64,000 nucleotides of DNA, taken from positions 43,028,001 through 43,092,000 of the forward strand of contig OZ024753.1 of NCBI GenBank assembly GCA_964016885.1. The letters are read 5' to 3'. The notes beneath the pieces were generated by a model. It saw only the letters and a list, made by a program, of their open reading frames with translations, ran no database searches and was not told where the DNA came from. How positions within the stretch are numbered: the first letter of the stretch is position 1; the number at the start of each line of letters is the position of its first letter. Both the position numbers and the translations under genes were made by a program. Below, piece after piece: positions 41,995 through 56,064 of this stretch. The stretch is from Eledone cirrhosa (lineage: Eukaryota).

Positions 41995-42378
41995 ATGAGA
42001 GTAAAGATTTCACCAATCGTTTAACAGCTTCACTAATGTTTCAATACAAGTTATTTAAATAATAGTTATGTTAATACAATATAATAAAAAAAAAGGGGGT
42101 AATATATATAATTGTAGCTATATATATACAATTTGGGCAATAGTAAATATTACCCAATTATATATATTGAGTATAACAAAACATTATCAACTATTATACA
42201 TCTTCAGACAGAATATAAATGATTCTACAATGACCTGGTAAACAACAAGCCCAAAAGAAAAGATTGCTGTGTCTTCAGAGGTCTACAATCTTTAATGAAA
42301 ATACAAACAATGATGTCATTGCATAATTGTTTATATTGCCTTTGAAGATGTACAATATTTGATAATGCTTTATTATAC

Positions 42379-42433
<55 letters not shown>

Positions 42434-43193
42434 TAATAATGTGACTATTATTTAACTAATTTGTATTGAAACAGTTGTAAAGTTATTAAATGGTTCTAGA
42501 AATCTCTTCTATCATCTTTATTTGTTATATATTCTGGGTTATTATGTGCCATTTATTTCTTCTTAAACAATATCACTTCTATATGTCTATCTATAATGAC
42601 ATAAACACATTCATCTTAAATATATAATTAATTGGCTATATAGATTATTTTGGGTTCACTCCATATATATTTTTTCTTGGGAGGGGGGATGTTTTGGAAG
42701 CCTCAATAATGCAGATGTGTAAATCTCCGGGTAACAGAATCCAGTGGTGAAGAGAGAGATGTGAGAGGAAATGTAGAATGAGATGTGTAGTGTGTAGAGG
42801 AACGTAGGAAAGAGCGTAAAAAATAAAAATAATAACACGAGATAGAGTTACCTTGGGAGAGATTTAATTGTCCCTATATTTCGGATTCACATCCATCAAC
42901 TGGAGGGGGGGGATTTATCTGTCGGAGAGGAACAGTACGTGGCCTCTGTTGTCCGCTAGCTCACGGTGGAGATGACGAAGGACCGTGACAAGGGAGAGAT
43001 GCTGTGCTGAATAAGACCCATCCCACCCTTGCAAGCAGGGAAGAGCAGACGTAAAATGATGATGATGATGATGATGATGATTTATGTGAGTGTGTGTATG
43101 TATATATATGTGTGTGTGTATGTGTGTATGCGTGTATATATATGTGTATATATATATATGTGTGTGTATATATATATAGAGAGAGAGAGAGAG

Positions 43194-43359
43194 AGGAAAA
43201 GAGTCAGAAACCCGACGGCTGAGCTCCGGCCGTTTCGACAGCTAGGTCTGGACATATCCGTCAGGGTTCTGACTCTTTTCCTATTACCCACTCTACTACC
43301 CTAAGTATTGAGTACTCTGGTGTGTTATGGTTCTCCTGGTTTCTTACCACACTTCCTTC

Positions 43360-43361
<2 letters not shown>
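43194..43361 (-). mobile_element. Fold-back element, family A (asymmetric palindrome)
   Basis: Shares ttacccactctactaccctaagtattgagtactct; arms ggaaaagagtcagaa / ttctgactcttttcc. Confidence 0.75.
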
Positions 43362-43404
<43 letters not shown>

Positions 43405-44660
43405 TTGTGCTAAACACTAACCACACCAGCGTCTAAGAAGACTTACACAGGTCCTTTCACTTTATGTGTAACCTAGTGGTAAGGGTGTTGGATTTAGAAT
43501 CTTAATGTTGTTGGTTCAAATCGTGGACTGGGTTGTGTGTTGCATTCTTGAGCAAAACACTTCATTTCATGTTGCTCCAGTATACTCAGCTGAAAATGAG
43601 TACCAGTAATAGCTGGGGGTTTAACCAACCCTGCAATAGACTGATGTCCTGTCCATGAGGGGGAAGTCTTGTACTCCCATTCACTTCATGCCATGGAAAC
43701 CAGGATAAGCACTAGTCTGGGAGACTCTGAGCTTAAGACAGACTTTAGAGTTTTGGTTTTTAGTTCTGATAATCAATGGAATTGGTAAATTATATAACTT
43801 TCACCTAAATGAATCTTATTTTACCAAACTGGAGTTTTCAAAAACAAAGTTATAACAACATTAGATTAGAACCTTAGACCTTTTTGTGAAGGTACTTCTA
43901 ATGAAATACTCTCTATATGAATTAATTCATGAAGAATTTTGAAGGATTTATTAAAATTATTAATTATCTTCTTACATAAAATATAAAACCATGCTGGAAG
44001 ATTTTAAAAATATAAATAAGAACCCATTAAAAGGGGTGGCTGGGTTTTGTTTCTTAGAATCAAGAATCAGCTTTCACCGGGTTGGTATCAAACAAAAGGT
44101 TGCCTAGAAGTTTGAATATTGCAAAAGAATCAAATTTGTTTGGCTTACAAATGCTGGTTCCATCATCGTTTCTCCTCGGTATCAACATTATTGACAACAA
44201 CAGCAACAACAACAGCAACAACAACAATAATAATAATAGTAATATTAATAGTAGTAATAATTGTAATAATAAAAATAGTAAGATGGATAAGAAATATAAA
44301 ATATCGAACATGCAATAGCATTTTACGATCACTGCACTATGAGACTACTATTGATTAACTGTCATTGGTGTATTGTGAATCTAAGTGCATATTTATATTG
44401 GTATTGATTCTACTTGGTTTTAACCAAGGGATTAAGAATTCGCAGAATGTCGCAACAGCTCTAACACCGACCTGTAGTGGTGGAAGATACAGGCTGAGGA
44501 GGGGGGGGGGCTAGGGTAAGAAGAGGGTAAGGTGAGGAGAGGGGAGGGAGTGTAGCTAGAGTACAGCCCCCTCTCCAACGGACAATGATAGACATGCATG
44601 CTCTCATACATATTTATGAGTATACACGCATAGAAAGATTTCCATGTATATGCAGGCATG

Positions 44661-45622
<962 letters not shown>

Positions 45623-46224
45623 ACAATCACACAGTTCTACATTGGTATGCAATGTTGTATATACATGTGTATATGTGTAGTTATACAAAAGAAAGAAAGA
45701 ACTAAAGAAATAGATGTTTTGTATTGACATGTATACAGGTCCGAGGATGGAGTGGGGAGGGGGTACCTTGCAGCTATTGTATATACAAGGAGGAGGGGGG
45801 GATGATCTCTGGCCATTGTATATACATATAAGGGAATCACCAAATATACGACTGAAGCTTCACTAGTGTTGTTATATATCTGGACACAGCATGGTCAAAT
45901 TGTTGAGGAGGTTTGTTTCAGAATCATAGGGTCCCAGGTTCAAACTCACTGCTTGGTACCTTGGGCAAATGTTGTTTACAATAGCCTATGGTTGACCTCA
46001 TGACTTGTGAGTGAAATTTGGTAGACAGAAACTGTTTAGAAGCCCACTTGATGGATGGTGTCTGTAATTCAAATGACCAGCCTTCAGGCTGAATCTCCCT
46101 GAGAGTTACTATGTTATAAGTACACGTGTCTGAGGAATGCTCAGCCACTTACATGTTAATGTTATGAGCTGGCTGATTTTTAGGCTCAAGATCAACAATT
46201 TTTGGGGGAGTGGAGAGATAATTA

Positions 46225-46385
46225 AATTGGCCTCAGTACATTACTGCTACTTTATTTTATTGACCCTGTAAGGATGAAAGGCAAAGTTAACCTCAACGGG
46301 ATTTTAACTCAGACCATAAAGGGACGTAACTATGCTGGAAAGCATGGTGTCTGACCCTCTACCGATACTGCCAATTCACCACCCA
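46225..46385 (-). mobile_element. Meta-type SINE
   Basis: Same family as 136-322, more diverged. Confidence 0.7.
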
Positions 46386-46785
46386 ACAACAATAATAACA
46401 ATTATAGTTTTGGTATAATTTAATATTGGTATTTTTTTATATTTAATTTTAATTCTTTTTTTATTTTGAAAGATATTTATTTGAAAAATATTCTTTTTGT
46501 TTCCGCTTCGAAGCCTTAATTGCTATGAACCATTTCTTTCTTGCTTTCTGTTGTAGTTATTGTTGTTATTATTATTATTATTAATATTATTATTTATATA
46601 TTTATTTATTATTTCCTATTAATTTCTAAATGGGAGTTAATGACACCTGAAAAGTAATTCTTGTGAAAAATATGAATCATTTGATTTTTACAGAAAATGA
46701 TGATAATTCTTTGGCAATTATATTGCCAAAGTTATAAATTTAAAGAAAATATAAATTTAAGAAAATATCCACATGTAATAAGTAC

Positions 46786-46838
<53 letters not shown>

Positions 46839-46840
46839 GT

Positions 46841-46975
46841 AAAGGAGGTGTGGTAAGGAACCAGATGGACCCTGCCGCTCCAGAGTACTCAATACTTAAG
46901 GTAGTAGAGTGGGTAATAGGAAAGTGTTTGACCCCCGACGGCAGAGCTCTGCCGTCGGGGGTCAAACATTTTCCT
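46841..46975 (+). mobile_element. Fold-back element, family A (short palindrome centred on GAGCTC)
   Basis: Same unique segment; palindrome tgtttgacccccgacggcagagctctgccgtcgggggtcaaaca. Confidence 0.8.
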
Positions 46976-47015
46976 ATATATATATATAGTAAGAAGGATT
47001 GAAGTCAGTGTTGTA

Positions 47016-47051
<36 letters not shown>

Positions 47052-47128
47052 ATACTTGGGGAGGGTCATATTGTTATAATATTGCCAGAAATAATAACAG
47101 AACACACTCACTGTTTGGTTGGTTTTTG

Positions 47129-47168
47129 CTGATGATGTTGCAGATGTGCGATGAAAGAACTTTGATAG
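47129..47168 (+). ncRNA. Hammerhead motif (copy of 55904-55948), starting at an inversion junction
   Basis: CTGATGA-T-GTTGCA-GATG-TGCGAT-GAAA-GAAC-TT-TGATAG. Confidence 0.55.
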
Positions 47169-47169
47169 A

Positions 47170-47207
<38 letters not shown>

Positions 47208-47429
47208 CTGTATTTTTAACCGCTGGTCAATCAATGGTAAACATTGATTGCCAAATAAATTAACTATGGTGATATAAAAGATACAGAAGTGAAAACCAAC
47301 CAAAGAGTGAGTGTGTTCTGTTATTATTTCTGGTAATGCTATAACAATATGACCCTCCCCAAGTATAACAATATTTGTTCTGACACGATTTCATATCAAA
47401 AACCTTGCAAAATAAATATATATATATAT

Positions 47430-47741
47430 AGAGAAACTGTGTCTGAGAGGGATAGAATGTAGTGTACGGGAGAGGAGACTGAGGTGGTATGGACATGTGA
47501 TGCGCATGGAGGATGACCGATGGGTGAAGAAGTGCCAGGAAATGCCAGTTGAAGGAAGACGTGGTAGAGGTAGACCACGAAAAACATGGGCGGAGGTGGT
47601 GAGAACAGACCTCAGATGATTGAAGCTCACGGTGGAGATGACGAGGGACCGTGACGAGTGGAGAGATGCTGTGCTGAATAAGACCCGTCCCACCCTTGCA
47701 AGCAGGTAAAAGCGGACGTAAAATGATGATGATGATGATGA

Positions 47742-47744
<3 letters not shown>
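47430..47744 (+). mobile_element. RTE-clade LINE 3' fragment
   Basis: Near-identical to 7948-8234. Shorter or degenerate relatives at 14643-14800, 19925-20380, 37212-37373, 42958-43080 and 62101-62355. Confidence 0.85.
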
Positions 47745-47780
<36 letters not shown>

Positions 47781-47977
47781 GCATATTAGAATCATTTCAA
47801 TATCGAGCAGCTCAGGGTACAACCATAATGACTGGGGCTTGAGTCATCAGCAACACTACGGCTTCCTTAACTCTGGAATACAACCCAGCATGAGACGGAC
47901 CTCATAACAGCATCGAGTGCTTCAAACAACTCACTGCCTGTAACTGTAGTTACACTTAACTAACATATATATATATA

Positions 47978-48312
47978 GGAGGCACATGGCTCAGTGGTTA
48001 GAGCATTGGCTTTGCAATCGAAAGGTTGTGAGTTCAATTCTCAGACCGGGTGATGTGTTGTTTCCTTGAGCAAGACACTTTATTTCACATTGCTGCAGTT
48101 TACTCAGCTGTAGAAATGAGATGATAGGGACTGGGGTTCCTATCATTCCACTGCAAAGTGGTCGTGGAGGTGCCACGGCAAAAAAGCACCCAGCACTCAC
48201 TGTAAAAATGAGGTTGGTGTTAGGAAGGGCATCCAGCTGTAGAAATCAAGCCAGAATCAGTTCCCGTCCCACCCTTGCAAGCAGGGAAAAAGCCGACGTA
48301 AAATGAAATGAA

Positions 48313-48315
<3 letters not shown>
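47978..48315 (+). mobile_element. tRNA-derived CORE-type SINE (family of 10564)
   Basis: Near-identical to 10564-10910. Confidence 0.85.
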
Positions 48316-48349
<34 letters not shown>

Positions 48350-48475
48350 GTATGCATATATATATATACATATGTGGTTGATGGCTGAGAGAAAAGAGAA
48401 CTTACTAGTCTTAATAAAATGAATATATATATATTTATATCTATTATTATTTTTTTTTTTTTTTTTTTTTTCCAG

Positions 48476-48607
48476 AGTTGTGAAATGTACTGGACTTTAG
48501 ACACATGCGGAGAAAATTATGGACCTTTCATAGTTGAAACAACAGCAGAAATTAAATCTCACCCCAGTATTACTGTCCGGGATTTTACTATTACCAACAC
48601 AAGAAAT
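48476..48607 (+). CDS. Receptor PTP D2 domain exon (CxxYW motif)
   Basis: Poly-T tract plus ccag acceptor, donor gtaagt. Translates SCEMYWTLDTCGENYGPFIVETTAEIKSHPSITVRDFTITNTRN. 132 nt. Confidence 0.93.
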
Positions 48608-48745
48608 GTAAGTTTCATTATTTTACCATTCCTCTTAATAAACTAAAAACATCAAACTTTAATGTTTATGTAATATATGACCATAACCCTTTTTTGTACC
48701 AAACTGGCCAAAGCAAAGTCAACTATTTTTAAGGGTGTAGAACCC

Positions 48746-48803
<58 letters not shown>

Positions 48804-48852
48804 CATCGTTTAGCATGGAACATGGGGATTAACCAATGGTGATAATGATGAT

Positions 48853-48880
<28 letters not shown>

Positions 48881-48883
<3 letters not shown>

Positions 48884-49047
48884 ATTTGATATAGAAATGT
48901 CTTCTACAGAATTAGAAATGTTTCATCGAATGAAACAGTTCTAGTCCTGTAGAAGCCATTTCTATATTAAATTTATTGTTTACACTCTACTAATGTATTG
49001 AGTACCTTACTTACTGTAGTCCCCCCCCCCAATTGAACCTGGGACTC
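48881..49047 (-). mobile_element. Fold-back element, family C (related copies 54949-55115, 60700-60831, fragment 39130-39160)
   Basis: Palindrome 48882-48975 plus a unique tail containing cactctacta...gtattgagtac. Confidence 0.7.
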
Positions 49048-49049
49048 AG

Positions 49050-49083
<34 letters not shown>

Positions 49084-49189
49084 GTGTGTGTATGTGTGTG
49101 TGCAGAGGGAAGTAAATGGAAAAAAACAACAGATAATGAATTACAATGAAGACATATATTAGTTTCATGCTTAATATGGTAGGAAAAGT

Positions 49190-49223
49190 CTTAATGTTTC
49201 GGGCACTTGTCCTTCATCAAAAG
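49190..49223 (-). ncRNA. Degenerate minimal hammerhead motif (family of 15732-15767)
   Basis: Minus strand: CTT-TTGATGA-AGGACAAGTGCCC-GAAA-CA-TT-AAG. C3 is replaced by T without a compensating change. Confidence 0.4.
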
Positions 49224-49719
49224 TGCAATGAGAAATTAAATAAGAAATAAAAAGATAGAGGCGAGTGAGCAAGGGTAGAAATGAAAAGCAGGTCTGTTGA
49301 TTTCACCATCTGTGTGTGTATGTGGTCATGTCTGTGAATGTGTTCATGTCATGGCTATGTTTATGTCTTCTAAGCAGTTTTTTCATACAAAAAAGAGAAG
49401 AATGAAATAAGTACTAGGCTTGAAAAAACAGAACTGGGTTTCATATGATTGGTAAATTCCTTTCATGTTTCTGTCCCAACATGGCCGCCATCTTATGGTT
49501 GAAACAAAAGCAAGAATATCAATAAGATCAATAACAACAATAAAAACTTCAACAGGAAAAATAATAGCTATAACAACAACAACAACAAGAAGATTACAAT
49601 CATCTTAAGTTTCCACGTCAAATACATTTGCGATTATCTTGTAATCGTATTGCAGCTTTATAAGCGGACTATAAATTCATTGACCCATACCTGTAAAGAA
49701 TGATACACTAAGTACAATA

Positions 49720-49781
<62 letters not shown>

Positions 49782-50519
49782 TGATATATACATATATATA
49801 TGTATATAATCCTTAAAGGCAAGCAAGACAAAACTAATGCAATGAATGATATAAGACCCAACAGCTATACAGCAGATGTGCCAAAATATTCTCGCGGCTC
49901 CACTTGAAAGTATCGGTAAAATATCCACTTTCAAAGGTTTTCTGCTATATTTAGTTCAAATCTAATTAATGCTTACAATTCCTCTTACTACCGCCACTCT
50001 CCACCTCCTCCTTCCAGCCAGTCTACATTAAAATATTCCCAATCAATATGGATGAAGCAGACAAAAGAAGAGGAGGAAAGGACTCAAATCAGTGGCAATC
50101 AATATACATAGGTTTATATATATATACATACATATATATATATATTTATACATATAAATGTATGCCTATATATATATATGTGTACATATATATCATCATC
50201 ATCATCATCGTTTAACGTCCATCTTCCATGCTTGCATGGGTTTGGACGGACATATGTATGTATATACATATATATATATATGTATATATGTGTGTATGTA
50301 TGCCTATATATATTTATATATGTGTGTATGTATGCCTATATACATTTTTAAATGTATGTATACACACATATATATGTATGTATATACTCATATATATATG
50401 TATATATAACTATATATATACACACACAGATATATATGTATGTATATATTATGAATATAATATATATCATTCCCAATCCATACATGTATATAATAGATTT
50501 ACAACATATATATATATAG

Positions 50520-50824
50520 AAGTGGTATTTAGTTTGTTGGAAGTCCGACAAACATAAATGTTTATAACTGATTTAGAGCACTCAACAGCTACTGGAGTAA
50601 ATATTCAATAATATTAAATAAATGGAAACTATATTTATAAAACCATCTATCCAGTGAATTTCCAACCGATAAGGTATGATTTTCATGGGTATGTCTCTAT
50701 TTATAAAACAAACTTTGTATTTTATCTGATGAAAGCGTACCAATGTTGTCTTGGTCACCATTGAAATATATATAATAAAATAAATATGGTTTTATAAATA
50801 TAGTTTCCATTTATTTAATATCAT
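50520..50824 (+). mobile_element. Hammerhead-bearing element with an inverted terminal duplication (family D; second copy 25111-25325, minus)
   Basis: atattaaataaatggaaactatatttataaaaccat (about 50611-50646) is inverted at about 50785-50821, enclosing the hammerhead. Confidence 0.65.
50718..50782 (+). ncRNA. Type-I hammerhead ribozyme motif
   Basis: TATTTTAT-CTGATGA-(imperfect stem II containing ACCAA/TTGGT)-GAAA-TATATA-TA-ATAAAATA. Perfect 8-bp stem I. Confidence 0.6.
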
Positions 50825-51096
50825 TGTATATATGTATATATGTATATCATCATCATCATCGTTTAGCATCCATTTTTCCATGCTAGCATCAGTTAGACAA
50901 ATTGTCTTGTGGTGAGACAAGTCAGATCAGATAACTGTGTTTTGCTCTTCGTTTCTACAACTGGAAGTCCTTCCTAACGCCAACCACATTTACAGTGTGG
51001 ACTGGGTGACTTTTTAGTGTCACCAACATACGCACTTTTGGGCCTGGTACCAACAACGACCACTTTACAGTGTTGACTATATATATATATATATAT

Positions 51097-51284
51097 AGGT
51101 AAAGGTATGACCCCCGACGGCAGAGCTCAAGCCGTTTCGACGGCTATTTCTGGACAGAAATAGCCGAAACGGCTTGAGCTCTGCCGTCGGGGTCATACCT
51201 TTTCCTATTTCCCACTCTACTACCCTAAGTATTGAGTACTCTGCTGCGTTATGGTCCATCTGGCTCCTTACCACAACTCCTTCG

Positions 51285-51286
<2 letters not shown>
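51097..51286 (-). mobile_element. Fold-back element, family A
   Basis: Homologue of 14431-14623 between (TA)n tracts. Confidence 0.8.
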
Positions 51287-51345
<59 letters not shown>

Positions 51346-51376
51346 ATTAGAAAGTGAACAACACAATATATAACTA

Positions 51377-51444
51377 CTCCATTACCAAAGGTTTCAGGAT
51401 CCCAGACAATATTAATATACGTCTGGATTGTTCATCAGACAGAG
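51377..51444 (-). ncRNA. Type-I hammerhead ribozyme motif
   Basis: Minus strand: CTCTGT-CTGATGA-ACAATCCAGAC...GTCTGGGATCCT-GAAA-CC-TTT-GG-TA-ATGGAG. Confidence 0.55.
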
Positions 51445-51559
51445 ATGTTATATAACATCTCTGCCTGTTGTTCACTTTCTAAATAAACACCTCTGTTCTA
51501 TACATAGAGCACTCTTTTTTCCTTTGCTTTTTCTTCGGAATTACCTAACACACACACAG

Positions 51560-51610
<51 letters not shown>

Positions 51611-52463
51611 AAAGGTAGTCAGAAATAACAACACAATCGGTACAGTATAACGCTTGATATAGCAGGTAGAGTGTCTTGACGTTTCAGATGCTACTCCTTT
51701 ATATATGTGTATATAAAGTGGTAAAAAAAACCTGGAGGTTATATCCGTAGTAAGTAGAGCACTCAGTGAAGAGGACGAGTTCGGTATAGAGTTAGTTCTA
51801 CAACAAATTAGCAAACCATACTTGAGGACTTGTGTTTCACCAATGCTCTACCGATTAATGCTAATCCTCTACCATAAACACCAACATAATAATGAAAATT
51901 TAGTTATTTGATTAAATTCCTGAAAGTTTACTAATTATTTCCCAAATTAATTGAAACACAATGGCAGTGTATTTTATTAGAAATTTTGGTAACGAAAGAG
52001 TGACTTGGAGTTTCCTGATTTTATTGTAATTTACTAAATTCAATTTCTGTATTTATTTTATGGAAGTTTAAAAACTAGTGTTGTATCGAATGCCAAGAAG
52101 TTGAGGATTTAATATTTTTTTTTATAAAAGAAATAAAACGAAACAAAACAAATCAAAAACACAAACGTTAGAGCTTCTTAAACACCTGAGATATTTTTCC
52201 TTTCATGTTGTCTGTTGGTGAACATTAAAATACAAGCATCATCTAGAGTTCAGGCTGCTCTTTATCTCACTCTCTGTCCCCCTCTCTCTGTCTCTCTCTC
52301 TCTCTTCACTGATGACATACAATGTTGTTGGTAGACATACTTGACTATAATTAAGATGAAGAAAAACAAAAATAAATTTTGATTTCTCTTCTTTTAATTA
52401 TAGTTGAACCATTAAGAAGTTATCTACAAATAAAACAACAACAAAATCTCCCCCAAAAGAGTG

Positions 52464-52496
<33 letters not shown>

Positions 52497-52504
<8 letters not shown>

Positions 52505-52831
52505 AATGTTGCAATAAAGGCGTTTGTAGGCGGTATGCCATTTGAGCACTCGATGCTCACGGGAAGCAGAGAATATTATTATAAATAACGAGGAATCAGT
52601 GATGCATAAAAACACAATTTAATAACATATTACATATGTTTCTCTGACGATCAGCTCAAGGCAGGATCTGTTATAGATCAAACCTGACTCTGCATTCACA
52701 ACGTCCTTACAAATGCAGAGCCAGGTTCGATCTGTAATAGATCCTGCCTTGAGCTGATCGTCAGAGAAACATATGTAATATGTTATTAAATTGTGTTTTG
52801 ATGCATCACTGACTCCTCGTTATTTATAATA
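52497..52831 (+). mobile_element. (TA)n-embedded fold-back element with ~255-bp palindrome (family B)
   Basis: Near-perfect inverted repeat 52577-52831 preceded by a unique segment related to 59409-59499. Confidence 0.75.
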
Positions 52832-52845
52832 TATATATATATATA

Positions 52846-53181
52846 TGGAGGCACATGGCTTAGTGGTTAGAGCATTGGCCTTGCAATCGAAAGGTTGTGA
52901 GTTCAATTCTCAGACCGGGTGATGTGTTGTTTCCTTGAGCAAGACACTTTATTTCACATTGCTTCAGTTTACTCAGCTGTAGAAATGAGATGATAGGGAC
53001 TGGGGTCCCTATCATTCCACTGCAAAGTGGTCGTGGAGGTGCCACGGCAAAAAAGAACCCAGCACTCACTGTAAATGAGGTTGGTGTTAGGAAGGGCATC
53101 CAGCTGTAGAAATCAAGCCAGAATCAGTTCCCGTCCCACCCTTGCAAGCAGGGAAAAGCGGATGTAAAATGATGATGATGA

Positions 53182-53184
<3 letters not shown>
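52846..53184 (+). mobile_element. tRNA-derived CORE-type SINE (family of 10564)
   Basis: Near-identical to 10564-10910. A 5'-truncated minus-strand copy lies at 39160-39390. Confidence 0.85.
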
Positions 53185-53224
<40 letters not shown>

Positions 53225-54588
53225 ATCCTGATGTAAATCAGGAGGCAACCATTGGCATTTCCAGGGTATTTTTTTAACCTGGCAGAGACCATCCCCTCTC
53301 TTAGTCTGAATACAGCAGATTTCTTCCAAAGAAATATAGAGAGTGAGAGAAAGGAAGTGAGAAAGAGATATAGAGGAAGAATTGATCCCAGTACAGCACT
53401 GGTACTTTTTTTTATTGATTTCGAAAGGATAAAAGGCAAAGTTAAGATTAACAGGATTTGAACTGTGAGAGCAGAGAACTGAAATAAATACTGCAAAGCA
53501 TTCTGTCCAACATTCTAACAACTCAATTCACCAGCTTATCAAAAGGGTTAAGTTTATAGAAAAATCACCAGATATGAATAATAGAAATAATCTATAGCAG
53601 TAATACCTCTAATAGCTAATGATTTGTTAGGATTTGTTAGCAAGATATTTCTGTCAATTCAGACAGCTCTATTACAAGCAAATAAAGCGAGCTAAATTAA
53701 ATTACATAATATACGGTAACAATATAGAATGAACGAAACTATACTTTCTTTGAAAATAAATGCATAATCAGCGTATTTCATATATAACAAACATATGGTA
53801 ATTGTCTCACAGAAAATATTTTATTTAATAAATAATAATAATATAGAAGAAGAAGAAAAAGAAGTTTCGCAGTTAATGTTGCCACAATTATTAACATCAT
53901 TTTTAGCATTATATGTCGATGAAAGCTGTCATGTGTTTATGGATTAGCTCTGGTCAAATCGTTAAGAAATATCAATATTTAATAAGGCGCGCTGATATAA
54001 TTCCCGTAAACAAATGTTTCACAAAATCAGGTTTCGTTCTTTTTGTCTTTCTTCTTCTTTTAACAGCTTTACAATAGGATTGAGGAAGGAGAGAGAGAGA
54101 GGAAGAGAAATAAGATGGGTGATGGTGAGAGTAGGAGAGAGATTGAGGAGGGGGGGGGGATTGAAGAAGGACAGAGAGGGATTGAGGAAAGAAAGAGAGA
54201 GATTAAGGAAGGAAGGGGAAAGAAGATGGGTGATGGTGAGAGAAAGGGAAAGGTGGGGAAATAGAGAGAGAAGTGATAAAGACAGGAGAGACAGGCAGAA
54301 GAGAGGGAGAGATATAGGGATAGAATGGTGAGAGATGGGAAGATAGAGAAAGAGAGAGAAAGGGAGAATGAGCAAAAGAGATTAGGAGTGAGAATTCCTA
54401 CATGAAATAATAACAAGGTGGCAATATATCTTCTGGTTTCCAGGATCTAATCTGTTTTCAAATAAATTTATTTGTTGATGAATGTAATAAAAGCATATCT
54501 TGGTGTTGAAATGGCAGCTTATTTAGAATTACAACCAACTAAATATATTCCATATATACATTGTATCATACATATATATATATGTATA

Positions 54589-54629
<41 letters not shown>

Positions 54630-55125
54630 TCATCATCATCATCATCATCACCGTTTTACGTGATGATGATGTATATATATATATATATGTGTATATATAT
54701 ATACAACACACATTTATATATCAGTGTGTAGCCTACCACTACACACATACACACACACGCACATATATATATATATATATATGTGTGTGTGTCTATATAT
54801 ACATTAGTTTGTATATATAATGTGTGTGTGAAAGCGTTTCTATAAAAGAACAGTTGAAATGAAGAATGCCTACATTTAAACAAAACTATGTGGTTACAGA
54901 ATAAACTTTAACAATGCATCCATGCTTGGGCCATCATATATATATATATGAGTCCTGGGTTCAATCGGGGGTAACCATAGTAATTAAGGTACTCAATACA
55001 TTAGTAGAGTGTAAACAACAAATTTAATATAGAAATGGCTTCTACAGGACTAGAACTGTTTCATCAGTTGGCTTTCCTGATGATTTCCTTCGAATGGTTG
55101 TTTTAGTCCTGTTTTATATATATAT

Positions 55126-55340
55126 AGGAACGATCAACTTTCGTCAAATCGGACCGAGGGAACAATGTTTCCGTTGGTCTTTCCAATTGCTAATACTATC
55201 TATCGGTCGCAACTCCAGGTAGAAGGAGCAACGTGAAATAAAGTGTCTTGCTCAAGGACATAACGCATCGCCTGGTCCAGGAATCGAACTCAAAACCTTA
55301 CGATTGCGAATCCAATTCTCTAACCACTCAGCCACACGCC
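55126..55340 (-). mobile_element. tRNA-derived CORE-type SINE, second family
   Basis: Near-identical to 37567-37783. Confidence 0.8.
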
Positions 55341-55343
55341 TTC

Positions 55344-55387
<44 letters not shown>

Positions 55388-55392
55388 ATATA

Positions 55393-55533
<141 letters not shown>

Positions 55534-55683
55534 TAAATATATATTACACAAAGACAAGTGTGTTACACAGTGAGATGTGTGTAAAGAATTATTACAAGTG
55601 AGTTTACCGTTACTGTATAGAGAACAATATCTACAGGTTTAGTAATTAAATAGAAAAAAACTAAGTCAGAATCAGTATAATTA

Positions 55684-55727
<44 letters not shown>

Positions 55728-55903
55728 ATACTTGGGGAGGGTCATATTGTTGTAATATTTCCAGAAATAATAACAGAACACTCTTTGGTTGGTTTTCACT
55801 TCTGTATCTTTTATATCTCTATAGCTAATTTATTTGGCAATCAATGTTTATCATTGATTGAGCAGCGGTTAAAAATACAGATATAAATATATATATATAT
55901 AGT

Positions 55904-55948
55904 CTATCAAAGTTCTTTCGTTGCACATCTGCAACATCATCAGTGGTA
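55904..55948 (-). ncRNA. Type-I hammerhead ribozyme motif
   Basis: Minus strand: TACCA-CTGATGA-T-GTTGCA-GATG-TGCAAC-GAAA-GAAC-TT-TGATAG. Confidence 0.65.
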
Positions 55949-55986
55949 CCATTATGTTTCCTCCTTTTGTATTGTATGTCTATGCC

Positions 55987-56064
<78 letters not shown>

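Noticed and set aside
54014-54416. ORFs rich in E/R or L/S
   Set aside because: Purine-rich (GA) low-complexity tract.
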